Shown here in pieces: positions 36,635 to 46,437 of a DNA stretch of 64,000 nucleotides; positions within the stretch are counted from its first letter, which is position 1; every line of letters starts with the position of its first letter. A program made the translations under genes and the position numbers. The notes under the pieces are model-generated. The model ran no database searches and had not been told where the DNA came from. It saw nothing but the letters and a program-made list of their open reading frames with translations. The stretch spans positions 1,012 through 65,011 of the forward strand of contig CAWGFI010000013.1 of the NCBI GenBank assembly GCA_963821845.1, read 5' to 3'. The DNA comes from an uncultured delta proteobacterium (GTDB lineage Bacteria; Desulfobacterota; Desulfarculia; JACQYL01; CAWGVV01).

Positions 36635-37801
36635 ATGGCTAAGGATTTACCGAAAGAAAGTCCTTTTCCCGCAGGGGCATCGGAAAACCGGGAGGCTTCC
36701 CTCAAAGAACATGACCAAAAGGGGCGAGACAACGCCCTTTTTACTTTACTGGACGGCGTCAGCGCCCAGGAGCCTGTATTCGGGCGCGAGCTGGAAGAAC
36801 AGCGAAAAGTCTCCTCCGACCCCACCCAGGACATGAACGAAAGGCTGGACGCCTTCGAGGACATCGTCGACTCCGAGGTCGGCGACACCACCTTGGCCAG
36901 GGCTCGGAATATCGAACGCGAAGTGGCGTTGCGGCAAATATATTTGAAATTCGAAGGGGGCAATCCCACCGGAACCCAGAAGGACCGCATCGCCTTTGCG
37001 CAAGCTATGGACGCCCTGCGCCGGGGCTTCGACGCGCTTACCGTCGCCACGTGCGGCAATTTCGGCGCGGCCATCTCGCTGGCCGCCTATATGGCCGGTC
37101 TGAAATGTTTCATCTATATCCCCGAAGGGTATCACACCAGGCGAATCGATGAAATGAGGGCCTACGGCGCGACCATTATCAGAGCGCCCGGCGATTATGA
37201 GCGCAGTGTGCTCGTTTCCCGCGAACGGGCGGAAAAGGACGAAATCTATGACGCCAACCCCGGGGGTGCCAACACTGCGCTGCAACTGAAGGCGTACGGT
37301 GAAATAGCCTACGAGATCTACGACGAACTCAGGGACGCGCCCACGCTGGTCGCGGTTCCGGTTTCCAACGGAACCACCCTCGCCGGAATCTATCGCGGTT
37401 TCCTGAGCCTGTACCGCAGAGGCAAAACATCGCGCATGCCGCGCATGGTGGCCGCCTCGTCGCACGGAAAGAACCCCATCATCCGGGCGTTCATGAAAAA
37501 CAAACCGACCTGCGAGGATCTCAAACCCGAAAAGATAAAAGAAACCCCCGTCAACGAGCCCTTGATCAACTGGCATTCCAGTGACGGCGATTACGCGTTG
37601 GAAGCGATCAGACAGACGGAAGGTTGGGCTTCGCACGCCAGCGACAAGAATATGCTGTATTATTCGCGCCTGTTGCGGGAACGGGAAGGGCTGAACGTCC
37701 TGCCCGCTTCCACAGCGGGTCTGCACGCTCTGATGGAACGGCACCACACGTCCGGGCTTCCATCGGACCGCTACGTTGTTGTTATGACCGGGAGAAAATA
37801 G
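36635..37801 (+). CDS. PLP-dependent enzyme, fold type II (threonine synthase / cysteine synthase-like)
   Basis: 'YLKFEGGNPTGTQKDRIAFA' (PLP-lysine motif NPTGxxKDR). Confidence 0.75.
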   Translation: MAKDLPKESPFPAGASENREASLKEHDQKGRDNALFTLLDGVSAQEPVFGRELEEQRKVSSDPTQDMNERLDAFEDIVDSEVGDTTLARARNIEREVALRQIYLKFEGGNPTGTQKDRIAFAQAMDALRRGFDALTVATCGNFGAAISLAAYMAGLKCFIYIPEGYHTRRIDEMRAYGATIIRAPGDYERSVLVSRERAEKDEIYDANPGGANTALQLKAYGEIAYEIYDELRDAPTLVAVPVSNGTTLAGIYRGFLSLYRRGKTSRMPRMVAASSHGKNPIIRAFMKNKPTCEDLKPEKIKETPVNEPLINWHSSDGDYALEAIRQTEGWASHASDKNMLYYSRLLREREGLNVLPASTAGLHALMERHHTSGLPSDRYVVVMTGRK

Positions 37802-38898
37802 TGAACGAGTTCCCCGAGGGAAACGCCATTGTCTATTGCCAGCGTTTTTTTTCCACCACCTATGGAAAGACGGCGCATGGTTTGGTTCGCAAGACCGCAC
37901 GATACCGCGTGCTTTCCGTGATCGATGAGCTGGACGCTGGAAAGGACGCGGGCATGGTCCTGGATGGAAAATCGAAGGACATCCCCATATTCGCGACCGT
38001 CTCCGAAGCGGTGGAAGCCGCCAAAAGCCGGGGGACGGCCGCGACGCATCTGGTGATCGGAGTGGCTCCGGACGGCGGACGGCTGAGTCCCGAAGACCGG
38101 ACCGACGTCCTGGAAGCGATCCGGCTGGGGCTGAACGTCGATTCGGGCCTGCACGATTTCCTTTCCGACGACCCGGAAATCGCCCAAGCCGCGGCGCTGG
38201 CCGGAACCCTCATCAGGGATGTACGCAAGCCGCCGCCGAAAAACGAGCTGCATTTTTTTTCGGGAAAAATAGAAGAGGTCGATTCGCTGAAGGTGGCCGT
38301 GCTGGGCACCGATTCGGCCATCGGCAAACGGACCACCGCCTGGATTCTGAACGACGCGCTCAGGGAAGCCGGGTTTTCATCGGAAATGATCGGCACCGGG
38401 CAGACCGCCTGGATGCAGGGCGCCCGGTTCAGCATTGTGCTCGACTCATTGATCAGCGATTTCATGGCCGGGGAAATAGAACATGTGGTGTGGGACGCTT
38501 GGCGCGAAACCAAGGCGGACGTCCTGATCGTGGAAGGGCAGGGGAGTCTCATGAATCCCGCCTATCCGGGCGGCTATGAAATTCTGGCCGCCGCCCGGCC
38601 CGATATCATCGTGCTGCAAACCGCTCCCGCGCGTCCGGAGTACGACGGTTTTCCGGGTTATCCCATCCAGCCGCTCGAAAAACAGATCACGGCGCTGGAA
38701 CTGATTTCCGGCAAGCGCGTGGTGGCGATAACGGTGAACCACGAGGGGCTGAGCCGGGACGAAGCCCTGGCCGCCTGCGAAAAGATCGAACGGGAAACCG
38801 GGCTTCCCACGGCCGACGCGCTGTTGAGCGGCCCGGGCAAGATAATCGAAGCGATCGAATCCCATATCGGAAAGACGGGGCGGAAGACGCATGTCTGA
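37801..38898 (+). CDS. DUF1611 domain protein (DgcN-like)
   Basis: The GTG overlaps the upstream stop. 'VIGVAPDGGRL', 'VDSGLHDFL' and 'VAVLGTDSAIGKRTTA' match the DUF1611 pattern. Confidence 0.65.
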   Translation: MNEFPEGNAIVYCQRFFSTTYGKTAHGLVRKTARYRVLSVIDELDAGKDAGMVLDGKSKDIPIFATVSEAVEAAKSRGTAATHLVIGVAPDGGRLSPEDRTDVLEAIRLGLNVDSGLHDFLSDDPEIAQAAALAGTLIRDVRKPPPKNELHFFSGKIEEVDSLKVAVLGTDSAIGKRTTAWILNDALREAGFSSEMIGTGQTAWMQGARFSIVLDSLISDFMAGEIEHVVWDAWRETKADVLIVEGQGSLMNPAYPGGYEILAAARPDIIVLQTAPARPEYDGFPGYPIQPLEKQITALELISGKRVVAITVNHEGLSRDEALAACEKIERETGLPTADALLSGPGKIIEAIESHIGKTGRKTHV

Positions 38899-40493
38899 AG
38901 AAGAGAAGAGCCCGGCGGGCGAGACGGAGGAAGAACCTCGCGCCATGAACGAATCCGAAGGCGCCGTGGACAACCTGGACATTCTGCGCGTCATCGACCG
39001 GCTCGAGGTACTGGCGCCGCGCATCGAACCCCGGCGGTTCGAAGCCACCTACCGCGTCCATCAGCAGGGCGAAATTTTTGAAAACGACCTGATTTACCGT
39101 TTCGAAGAGGACGTTTTCGGCGAGGACAAGGGATCGTTCAATCTGGCCTGCATGATGGCGGCTCAGGTGGCGCTGAATTACGGGCTGTTCTGCGATGAAA
39201 TCGTATTTCACGGCCTGTACGACAAGCACGACATGCGGTTCATCAAGGACATGGCCCGCAACACCGCCCGCGAAATACTGGTAAAGAAATTCCTGGAACC
39301 AAACCCCTTTCTCAAGGGCCGGGCCGCCCACCTGACGGTTCCCCGGCAAAAGGAATATCTCCGGGCCAAAATCGTTTTCGAACAGGAAGCAGGTTCGAAA
39401 ATGACCTTCAAGCCTTCCGATTTCCAGTGGGACGTCCAGCGGGGCAGCCACGCCATTCTTTCCAGCGGCGGCAAGGACAGTCTGCTGACCTACGGCCTGC
39501 TGCGGGAAATCGGCGCGGACGCGCACCCCATCTTTATCAACGAATCGGGCCGGCACTGGTTCACCGCCCTGAACGCGTACCGCCATTTTGCGAAAAACGT
39601 CCCCAATTCCACGCGCGTCTGGACCAACTCCGACCGTATCTTTTCCTGGATGCTGCGCCGGTTCCCCTTTATCCGCCAGGACTTCGCCAACGTGCGTTCC
39701 GACGAATACCCCATCCGGCTGTGGACGGTGGCCGTTTTCCTGTTCGGCGCTTTGCCATTGCTGCGCAAACGAAAAGTCGGCCGCCTTTTGATCGGCGACG
39801 AATTCGACACCTCCATAAAACTGAAACACAAGGGCATCCCCCATTTCGACGGGCTCTACGACCAGAGCCGGTATTTCGATGACGCGATGAGCGAATATTT
39901 CCTGCGCAAGCACTGGGGAGTCATGCAGTTCTCCATTCTGCGCCCGCTTTCGGAATTGCTGATCGAAAAAATCCTGTCCGAGCGGTACCCGGAATTGCTC
40001 CGCGCGCCAGGTTTCCTGCCACGCCGCCCACAAGGAGGGCGACAAGGTCGTTCCCTGCGGGCGCTGCGAAAAATGCCGCCGTATCGTGGGCATGCTGACC
40101 GCCGTCGGGGGAGATCCCATCGCCCTGGGCTACACACGGGAGAACATCGAATTCTGCCTGGACAAGATCATGGAAAGGAAGGTTCACCAGGAAATAGAAG
40201 GCGCCGGCCACATGCTCTATTTGTTGCGGGAACATGGAGTCATCCCACCGGAACGCCTCCCTAAAATCGGCCTGCGGAGTCACCCCGAAACCCTGAGTTT
40301 GCGGTTTCATCCGGAAAAATCGCCCATGAACGCCATGCCCACGGATTTGCGAAAACCGTTGTTTGAGATTTTCCTGGAGCACGGCGAAGGCGCGCTGAAA
40401 AGGATCGGCCGCCAGTGGGTCGCCTTTGACCCCTTCACCGATCCCGGAGTCCACGAGCACTACCGGTATGAAATAGCGTTACGAGGTCCATCC
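38891..40493 (+). CDS. PP-loop ATP pyrophosphatase-superfamily protein (SGGKDS motif); frameshift near 40001..40010
   Basis: 'HAILSSGGKDSLLTYGLL'. After 'RYPELLRA' the sensible sequence continues in the +1 frame ('QVSCHAAHKEGDKVVPCGRCEKCRRIVGML'). The listed ORF tail to 40264 is R/G/P-rich nonsense. Confidence 0.6.
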
Positions 40494-41309
40494 ATGCAAA
40501 GTGGCGAAAAACGAAATGAAACCGATGGGGCGCGGTATCTTCTGGGCGAACTGACCTGGCCGGAAGCGCGGGAGCGCTTCAAGGAAGTGGATCTGGCCAT
40601 TCTGCCGGTGGGTTCGACCGAACAGCACGGGCCTCATTTGCCCGTTGACACCGACTCGTTTGACGCCGAATACCTGGCGGGGCAGGTGGCGATGGCGTGC
40701 AGTGATCCCAAGCCCATTGTCCTGCCGCTGATCCCCTATGGCGTTTCCTATCACCATGACGATTTCAGCGGCACCATCAGCGTCAGCCCGGACACGCTGG
40801 CCAAGGTGGTCTATGACGTGGGCATAAGCGCCGCCAGAAACGGCATCAAGAAGCTGATAATCGTCAACGGCCATGGCGGAAACAGCCCGGCGCTCCATTT
40901 CGCCGCCCAGAACATCAACAAGGACGCGCACATTTTCACCTGCGTGGACACCGGTGAAACGAGCGATCCCGACGTGTACGCCCTCGCCGAAACCGACAAT
41001 GACGTGCACGCCGGTGAAATAGAAACCAGCACTTCCCTGTCTGTACGGCCGCATCTGGTGAAGATGGACCGAGCCGAAAAGTTCGTGCCCAAGTTTTCCA
41101 ATAAATACTTGGATTTCACGTCCCGCAGAAGCGTCGGCTGGTACGCCCGCACCGCTCACATCTCGCCCGTCGGCGTGTTGGGCGACCCCACCCGCGCTAC
41201 CAAGGAAAAGGGCGACAAGATGTGGGACGTGATTATCAGCAGGCTGGTCGAATTTGTCGAAGACCTCAAGGAATTGAGCCTGGAGGAAATATTTCAGCGA
41301 AAGCTCTGA
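40494..41309 (+). CDS. creatininase-family amidohydrolase domain (may be fused to the upstream PP-loop protein)
   Basis: 'LAILPVGSTEQHGPHLPVDTD', 'IVNGHGGN' and 'HAGEIETS' creatininase motifs. No stop separates it from the corrected upstream frame (open from 39963). Confidence 0.75.
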   Translation: MQSGEKRNETDGARYLLGELTWPEARERFKEVDLAILPVGSTEQHGPHLPVDTDSFDAEYLAGQVAMACSDPKPIVLPLIPYGVSYHHDDFSGTISVSPDTLAKVVYDVGISAARNGIKKLIIVNGHGGNSPALHFAAQNINKDAHIFTCVDTGETSDPDVYALAETDNDVHAGEIETSTSLSVRPHLVKMDRAEKFVPKFSNKYLDFTSRRSVGWYARTAHISPVGVLGDPTRATKEKGDKMWDVIISRLVEFVEDLKELSLEEIFQRKL

Positions 41310-41313
41310 TCCC

Positions 41314-42378
41314 ATGAAGATAACCTCTCTGGAGGCGTGGCCGGTCTATATGCGGCTGTCCGAGCCTTATACGATCACCTATCAGCAGGTCGATTCCACC
41401 ACCAATGTTTTCATGAGGATGGGAACCAACCGGGGCGCCATCGAAGGCTTCGGGTGCGCGGCGCCGGAAGAGGATATCACCGGCGAGACGTCCGAAACCG
41501 TCCTGCGAGCCTTGCGCGAAACCGTGGAACCCGCCGTCAGGGGGATCGATCCGCTTCGCCCCACGCATGTCATCGAAAAATTGAAGGCGCTGCTTCCGGG
41601 ACAGCCTTCGGCCTTGGCCGCCGTGGACATGGCGCTTTACGACATCATGGGCAAGGTGTGCGGCGTTCCCCTGTGGAAAATGCTGGGCGGATACCGTGAC
41701 CGCATGAAAACCAGCGTCACGGTGGGCATCCTGCCCGCGCCGGAAACCGTGGCCAGGGCGCTTGATTGGCTGTCCCGGGGCTTCAAGTGTTTGAAACTGA
41801 AGGGCGGCAAGGACGTGGACGAGGATATCGAGCGCGTACTGCTCGTTCGCGAGGCCGTGGGGAAAAACGTGGAGCTGCGTTTCGACGCCAATCAGGGCTT
41901 TACGGTGGAGCAGTCGCTCCGGTTTGTCAAAGGCGCGCGAAAGGCGCGGTTGGAACTGATCGAGCAGCCGACCCCCAGCAGCAAGCCCGCGCTTCTGGGC
42001 TACGTGACCAGGGGCGTTTCCATTCCGGTCATGGTGGACGAAGGCCTGATGAGCCTGCGCGACGCCTTCCGTATCGCTCGCGGCGATCTGGCGGACATGG
42101 TCAATGTAAAGCTGATGAAGGTGGGGGGGATTTACGAGGCTTTGCAGATCAACGCCGTGGCGCGGTCCGCGCGTCTGGAAGTCATGATCGGCTGCATGGA
42201 CGAAGCCGAACTGGCCATTTCCGCCGGTCTGGCCTTTGCCCTGGCCCGACCCAACGTGATGTACGCCGACCTCGACGGCCACCTGGACCTCATGGACGAT
42301 CCCTCCCAGGGATGCGTGACCATTCGGAAGGGTGTCCTGTTTCCCTCCACCAAGCCGGGGCTGGGGTTCGAGATGTAG
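41314..42378 (+). CDS. dipeptide epimerase (enolase superfamily, L-Ala-D/L-Glu epimerase-like)
   Basis: 'LKLKGGKDVDEDIERV', 'RFDANQGF', 'IEQP' and 'VNVKLMKVGGI' MR/MLE-family motifs. Confidence 0.8.
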   Translation: MKITSLEAWPVYMRLSEPYTITYQQVDSTTNVFMRMGTNRGAIEGFGCAAPEEDITGETSETVLRALRETVEPAVRGIDPLRPTHVIEKLKALLPGQPSALAAVDMALYDIMGKVCGVPLWKMLGGYRDRMKTSVTVGILPAPETVARALDWLSRGFKCLKLKGGKDVDEDIERVLLVREAVGKNVELRFDANQGFTVEQSLRFVKGARKARLELIEQPTPSSKPALLGYVTRGVSIPVMVDEGLMSLRDAFRIARGDLADMVNVKLMKVGGIYEALQINAVARSARLEVMIGCMDEAELAISAGLAFALARPNVMYADLDGHLDLMDDPSQGCVTIRKGVLFPSTKPGLGFEM

Positions 42379-42402
42379 GCCCTCGGCCCGAGGCCATCAA
42401 CG

Positions 42403-42579
42403 TCACTCCTTTTTGGCCTCGATCATTTTCCGCAAGTGGTCCCGATCCCGCGCGGCCGTGAAAATCGCCGCTTCAATACTTCCACGGTTTTCACGGGTGG
42501 CGTGTTTCAGCCGCTCCTCCAACTGCTCGACTTTTTTTATGGCCTTGTAGAGTTCGGTGGCCAGATATCGTATGGACAT
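42403..42579 (-). CDS. small coiled-coil hypothetical protein (58 aa, below the ORF-track cutoff)
   Basis: My translation: MSIRYLATELYKAIKKVEQLEERLKHATRENRGSIEAAIFTAARDRDHLRKMIEAKKE. Confidence 0.35.
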   Translation of the reverse strand: MSIRYLATELYKAIKKVEQLEERLKHATRENRGSIEAAIFTAARDRDHLRKMIEAKKE

Positions 42580-42839
42580 AGCACTTACTTTACAGGCTGT
42601 GAACCGTTATCGTTTTTGGCGGTACGCCGCTCTAACGGCGGCTTAAAAAACAAGCGCGCCTGGAAGATAGCTTTGTCATATCTTCCGGGCGCGTCAATAT
42701 CAAAAGGCGGTAGCCCTGTTTTTTGAAAAAGCCAGGCCGGAGGAGAAAAGACGATCATCCCGGCTCGATGGTCCCCGGAAGTCCGCAGAGGAAAAGAACT
42801 TCTCCGCGCCAGGGCCGCGCCGGATGAAATCCCGCCCGC

Positions 42840-43295
42840 CTAGCTTTTCTTTTTAGCCTTGGCTTCGCGGGCCTTTTTCAACATCTCTCCCAATCCCCGA
42901 TCCTTGGCCAGTTTACGGCGCTTGGCGGTCAGGGATTTGGCGGACAGGGGCTGGCTCAGGGGGATCCCCCATTTTTTCTTGTATTCCTTGGTGGTCATTC
43001 CCAGTTTTTTCAGATGCCGGTTGGTGATGATCTTGAATTCCAGACCGGTTTCCAGGTCGATGACCTTGGTGCGTTGTATTGACGCCATGGGGTTTTTTCG
43101 CAGCTCTTCCAGCTCTTCGTTGGGCTGCTCCTCGGGCGGCGCCTCGGTTCCCTGTTCCTTGCCGTTGATTGCCTTCAAGGCGACAAAAGTCTTATTTAAA
43201 CAGGCTTCGATCTCGTCCGGTGACATGCGCGCCACTCCAGCCTGAGCCTGGACGATCTCCGCGGCCATTTCAACCAAAGTTTTCGTCATATCCAT
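42840..43295 (-). CDS. MucR/Ros-family transcriptional regulator lacking the canonical zinc ligands
   Basis: 'KVIDLETGLEFKIITNRHLKKLGMTTKEYKKKWGIPLSQPLSAKSLTAKRRKLAKDRGLG' aligns to the Ros pattern 'ITCLECGK.FK.LKRHL..HH.MTPEEYR.KW.LP.DYPMVAP.Y...R..LAK..GLG'. Confidence 0.7.
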   Translation of the reverse strand: MDMTKTLVEMAAEIVQAQAGVARMSPDEIEACLNKTFVALKAINGKEQGTEAPPEEQPNEELEELRKNPMASIQRTKVIDLETGLEFKIITNRHLKKLGMTTKEYKKKWGIPLSQPLSAKSLTAKRRKLAKDRGLGEMLKKAREAKAKKKS

Positions 43296-44690
43296 CCTCC
43301 TCCGTTTAGTATAGGGTGGGCAACCTCTTACTTTTTATGCTGTAGCGTCCTTGATCACTATATAAGCGCTGGGTTCCACGTATTAAGACAAATGATAATC
43401 AAGGTTCGTTAACATTATAATCACACAAACTCTTTTATGACAATACTAAAGATTAATTTACTTAATCCATCGCCATGCGTAACTAATAGTTCAGCGGTTC
43501 CGCTGCTTATAAAGCGTAAAATAATAGACCGGTTGTTTTGAGAAAATACAACGTTTCCATCGATTTAAGACGCGAACGAGGCCCACGGCACGGAACTCGC
43601 TCCGGCAAGAATCTTACTCAAGGAGCGTAAAACACGCCTCATCGGACACATCGGCGGACATGAGAAAAACATTATTTAACAGTTAAGGTAGGATGGAAAG
43701 CTGGTCAAAGCGTAATGGCGATAAGAACGTTAAATCAACTATGATAGCGGTCGGAAGTTATTTTTCGATGATTATTGTTGGAAAAATCATGGTTTTCTAT
43801 AGCAATGCGGAAATAAACAGAGCTGAAAAAGCTTACGATAAGACCACGGCGCAAGCGCTTCCGTAAATCACGCTGTTGAAGGTTTACGATGGCGTAACAG
43901 TAATCATGATCGGCCTCCGGCCGTTTATTGTCGTCGGAAGCGGCTGAATCGACGCCACGGTTTACGGATTATACTACTGCTCTCCGATCGACGCCATCGG
44001 ACGGCCGGATGCCCGAGCCACGGCTTTACTCAGTGTTTTGTTCCGAGGATCGGGGGAAACTCCGTTTCCTCCACCTTTTGGAAGCGTTCCCGATTCGGGA
44101 AAACTCAAGTTACAAAAATGAATCGCGGGAGAGGCGTATTTCGTAATATTCCTGCCGTAAAATGGCCGCCGGCGATCCGCGCCCGAACTGGCGATATCAT
44201 ATAAGTATAATAAAATAGATAGGTTAACCGAAAAATAAGCGCTCCGTTAGCCCGTGTGGCCCGGATCTTGCCATTATAGCCCATGAAATGATTGCGGGGG
44301 TACATCGTTTGTTGAAAGGAGAGAGAGGCATACGAGTAACGCAACAGTATACCTGGCGGGATTGGGGGGTATCGGACCTGAGGGGACGTACAGCAAGTCC
44401 CGCGTCCAGGGAACTCTCACGAGGTTTTTTTCAATGGATCGTATGACCGCGTTTTTTAGTGAAAAAGAAAGAGAAAAAGATCAGCAGTTCAGAAGCCCGC
44501 GCGCATCTCAGTACAAGGGCCAGAATGGCGACGGTTTCTCCGAAGCTTTACGGAGATTGACCGAATTGTGGCTCTCCGGCGCCGAACCGGGAACGTCGTA
44601 AGCGCCGAGGGGGGCGCGAAACGAGATCGGCGGATCGGGCAGCTTGCAAAGCCGGTTCGTCGATCAAAAAAATTTGTTTACAAACTCCAC

Positions 44691-44728
44691 AAAAACCGGG
44701 TCGCGCTTCCAGGCGCGGCCCGGTTTTC
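44691..44728 (-). terminator. rho-independent terminator downstream of the crotonase gene
   Basis: CCGGGTCGCGC-TTCCAG-GCGCGGCCCGG, flanked by an A-run and a T-run. On the minus strand it is followed by TTTTTGTGG. Confidence 0.75.
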
Positions 44729-44761
44729 AAAATTGTAACCGGACCTTCCAAAACAGTTTCC

Positions 44762-45541
44762 TTATCGTTCCTTCCATTCCGGCTTGCGTTTTCCGAAAAA
44801 CGCCTGCACGCCTTCCTTGGCGTCTTCGGTGGTGCACAGACGGGCGAACGCCTCGTTCATGTGAGCGAACTGCCGGTCATAATCCATATCCTCGGAGTGG
44901 TAGTAGGCGCTCTTGGCGATCTGGACCGCGATGGGGCTTTTCCGCGCCAGTTCTTCCGCCCAGGCCCGCGCTTCCTTTTCCAGTTCGCTGTCGGGGACGA
45001 CTCTGTTCACGAGGCCCATGTCCAGAGCCTGCGAAGCGGTTATCAGATTTCCGTACAGGAGTAGTTCCATGGCCTTTTTTCTTCCCACCGAACGCGCCAC
45101 CGGAACCACCGGTCCCACACAGTTGAGCCCCACGTTTATGGCGGTCAGCCCCATGCGAGTCGATTCCGAGGCGATGGCCAGATCGGCCGCGGCCACCAAT
45201 CCCATGCCGTTGGCCGCCGCGACGCCGTGAACCTGCGCGATGACCGGCTTTTTGAGCTTGGAGATCGCCAACAGGGGCCGTTCCATGCGTTCGATCCATT
45301 GCTGGTATTCCATGGCCGATTTGCCGGCGAGTTCGTTGACGTCGATACCCGCGCAGAAGGACTTGCCCGCGCCTTTCAGGAGTATGACCCGCGCGCTCTT
45401 TTCCGCGTCCAGTTCATGCAGCGCGTTATAAAGCTCTTCCGCCAACCCGCTGTCGAACGTGTTCAAGCTCTCAGGGCGGTTCAAAGTAATCTCGGCGACA
45501 TGATTTTGACCTGTTTCGACGATCACCTTTTCATACTTCAT
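44762..45541 (-). CDS. enoyl-CoA hydratase/isomerase (crotonase) family protein
   Basis: 'VILLKGAGKSFCAGIDVNEL', 'KPVIAQVHGVAAANGMGL', 259 aa. Confidence 0.9.
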   Translation of the reverse strand: MKYEKVIVETGQNHVAEITLNRPESLNTFDSGLAEELYNALHELDAEKSARVILLKGAGKSFCAGIDVNELAGKSAMEYQQWIERMERPLLAISKLKKPVIAQVHGVAAANGMGLVAAADLAIASESTRMGLTAINVGLNCVGPVVPVARSVGRKKAMELLLYGNLITASQALDMGLVNRVVPDSELEKEARAWAEELARKSPIAVQIAKSAYYHSEDMDYDRQFAHMNEAFARLCTTEDAKEGVQAFFGKRKPEWKER

Positions 45542-45774
45542 CTCGGCGCTCTCCTTTTTTTTTCGATTAAGACATGTGGGAATTGGAGGCTATAATAACA
45601 GAAAAGAGGGCAAAAACCATAAAGCAATCACAAAAAACAAGTATTGCGAGGGAATTTCTTCCCTCGCGCTCCCTGAAGCTGTCGATTTTGGTTCGTTTGC
45701 GCTTCACCGATCTTAAGATCGTCCGATGAGTATCGGAATATGTCCGGGAGCCTCGCCACAAGCAGTTGAAATGA

Positions 45775-45850
45775 CTGGATTGCCCGGTCAAGCCGGGCAA
45801 TGACGAACAACAACACCCTCGTCATCCCACGGCTTGACCGGGGGATCCAG
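45775..45850. repeat. pair of REP-like palindromic units (inverted orientation)
   Basis: CTGGATTGCCCGGTCAAGCCGGGCAATGAC (45775..45804) and GTCATCCCACGGCTTGACCGGGGGATCCAG (45821..45850). Confidence 0.7.
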
Positions 45851-45890
45851 AAAATAATTAGCCCGCACGGCTTTTCTATTTTTGTAAATT

Positions 45891-46361
45891 TCAAATCGCG
45901 TCCCGCCAATTCCGCGCTCCCTGCAAGGCCTCGTCATACCATCCTTCCAATTTCAGCCGCTCGGCGTGGTTTTGGAGCAGATAATCGAAAGTATCGGCCA
46001 TGACCATCCTCTGCTCGCGTCCAAACAGCGCAAACCGTTCATTCTCCATACCTTGATGGAATGAATTGATAAAAAAGAGCAAAAAAGGCTGTCCGTCGCG
46101 ATCGACGGCGCCATTGAGCGCCAATTCGATCAAACGCGGCATGAAATAGGCCAGCGCTTCGGGATTCAGGGAGGGCAGGGGCGACCAGGCGGGAGTCCCG
46201 ACCTGTTCCATGTCCAGGTCGCGCCGGGAGATTGAACGGGGCAGGTCGTTAAATTCGGCGCTTTCGGGGTCGTCGCCATCCACGCAGTGTTTGGGTTTTT
46301 CACATGCGGAAAAAACTTCGTAGGCTCTCGTAATGATTTTGTCTTTTTCCATTTCCGGCAT
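45891..46361 (-). CDS. hypothetical protein
   Basis: 156-aa ORF with normal composition. No family recognised. Confidence 0.5.
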   Translation of the reverse strand: MPEMEKDKIITRAYEVFSACEKPKHCVDGDDPESAEFNDLPRSISRRDLDMEQVGTPAWSPLPSLNPEALAYFMPRLIELALNGAVDRDGQPFLLFFINSFHQGMENERFALFGREQRMVMADTFDYLLQNHAERLKLEGWYDEALQGARNWRDAI

Positions 46362-46437
46362 AGTAGCCGGAAAATAATCAGGCTACAATAGAAGATCCGG
46401 GAAAGCCCGAATCCGAATTTACCCTTGAGGAGGAATC

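Noticed and set aside
44362-44601. 79-aa ORF in the gene-poor region.
   Set aside because: It has a non-ATG start and low-complexity content, with no SD or family match. It is kept only as a note in the MucR finding.
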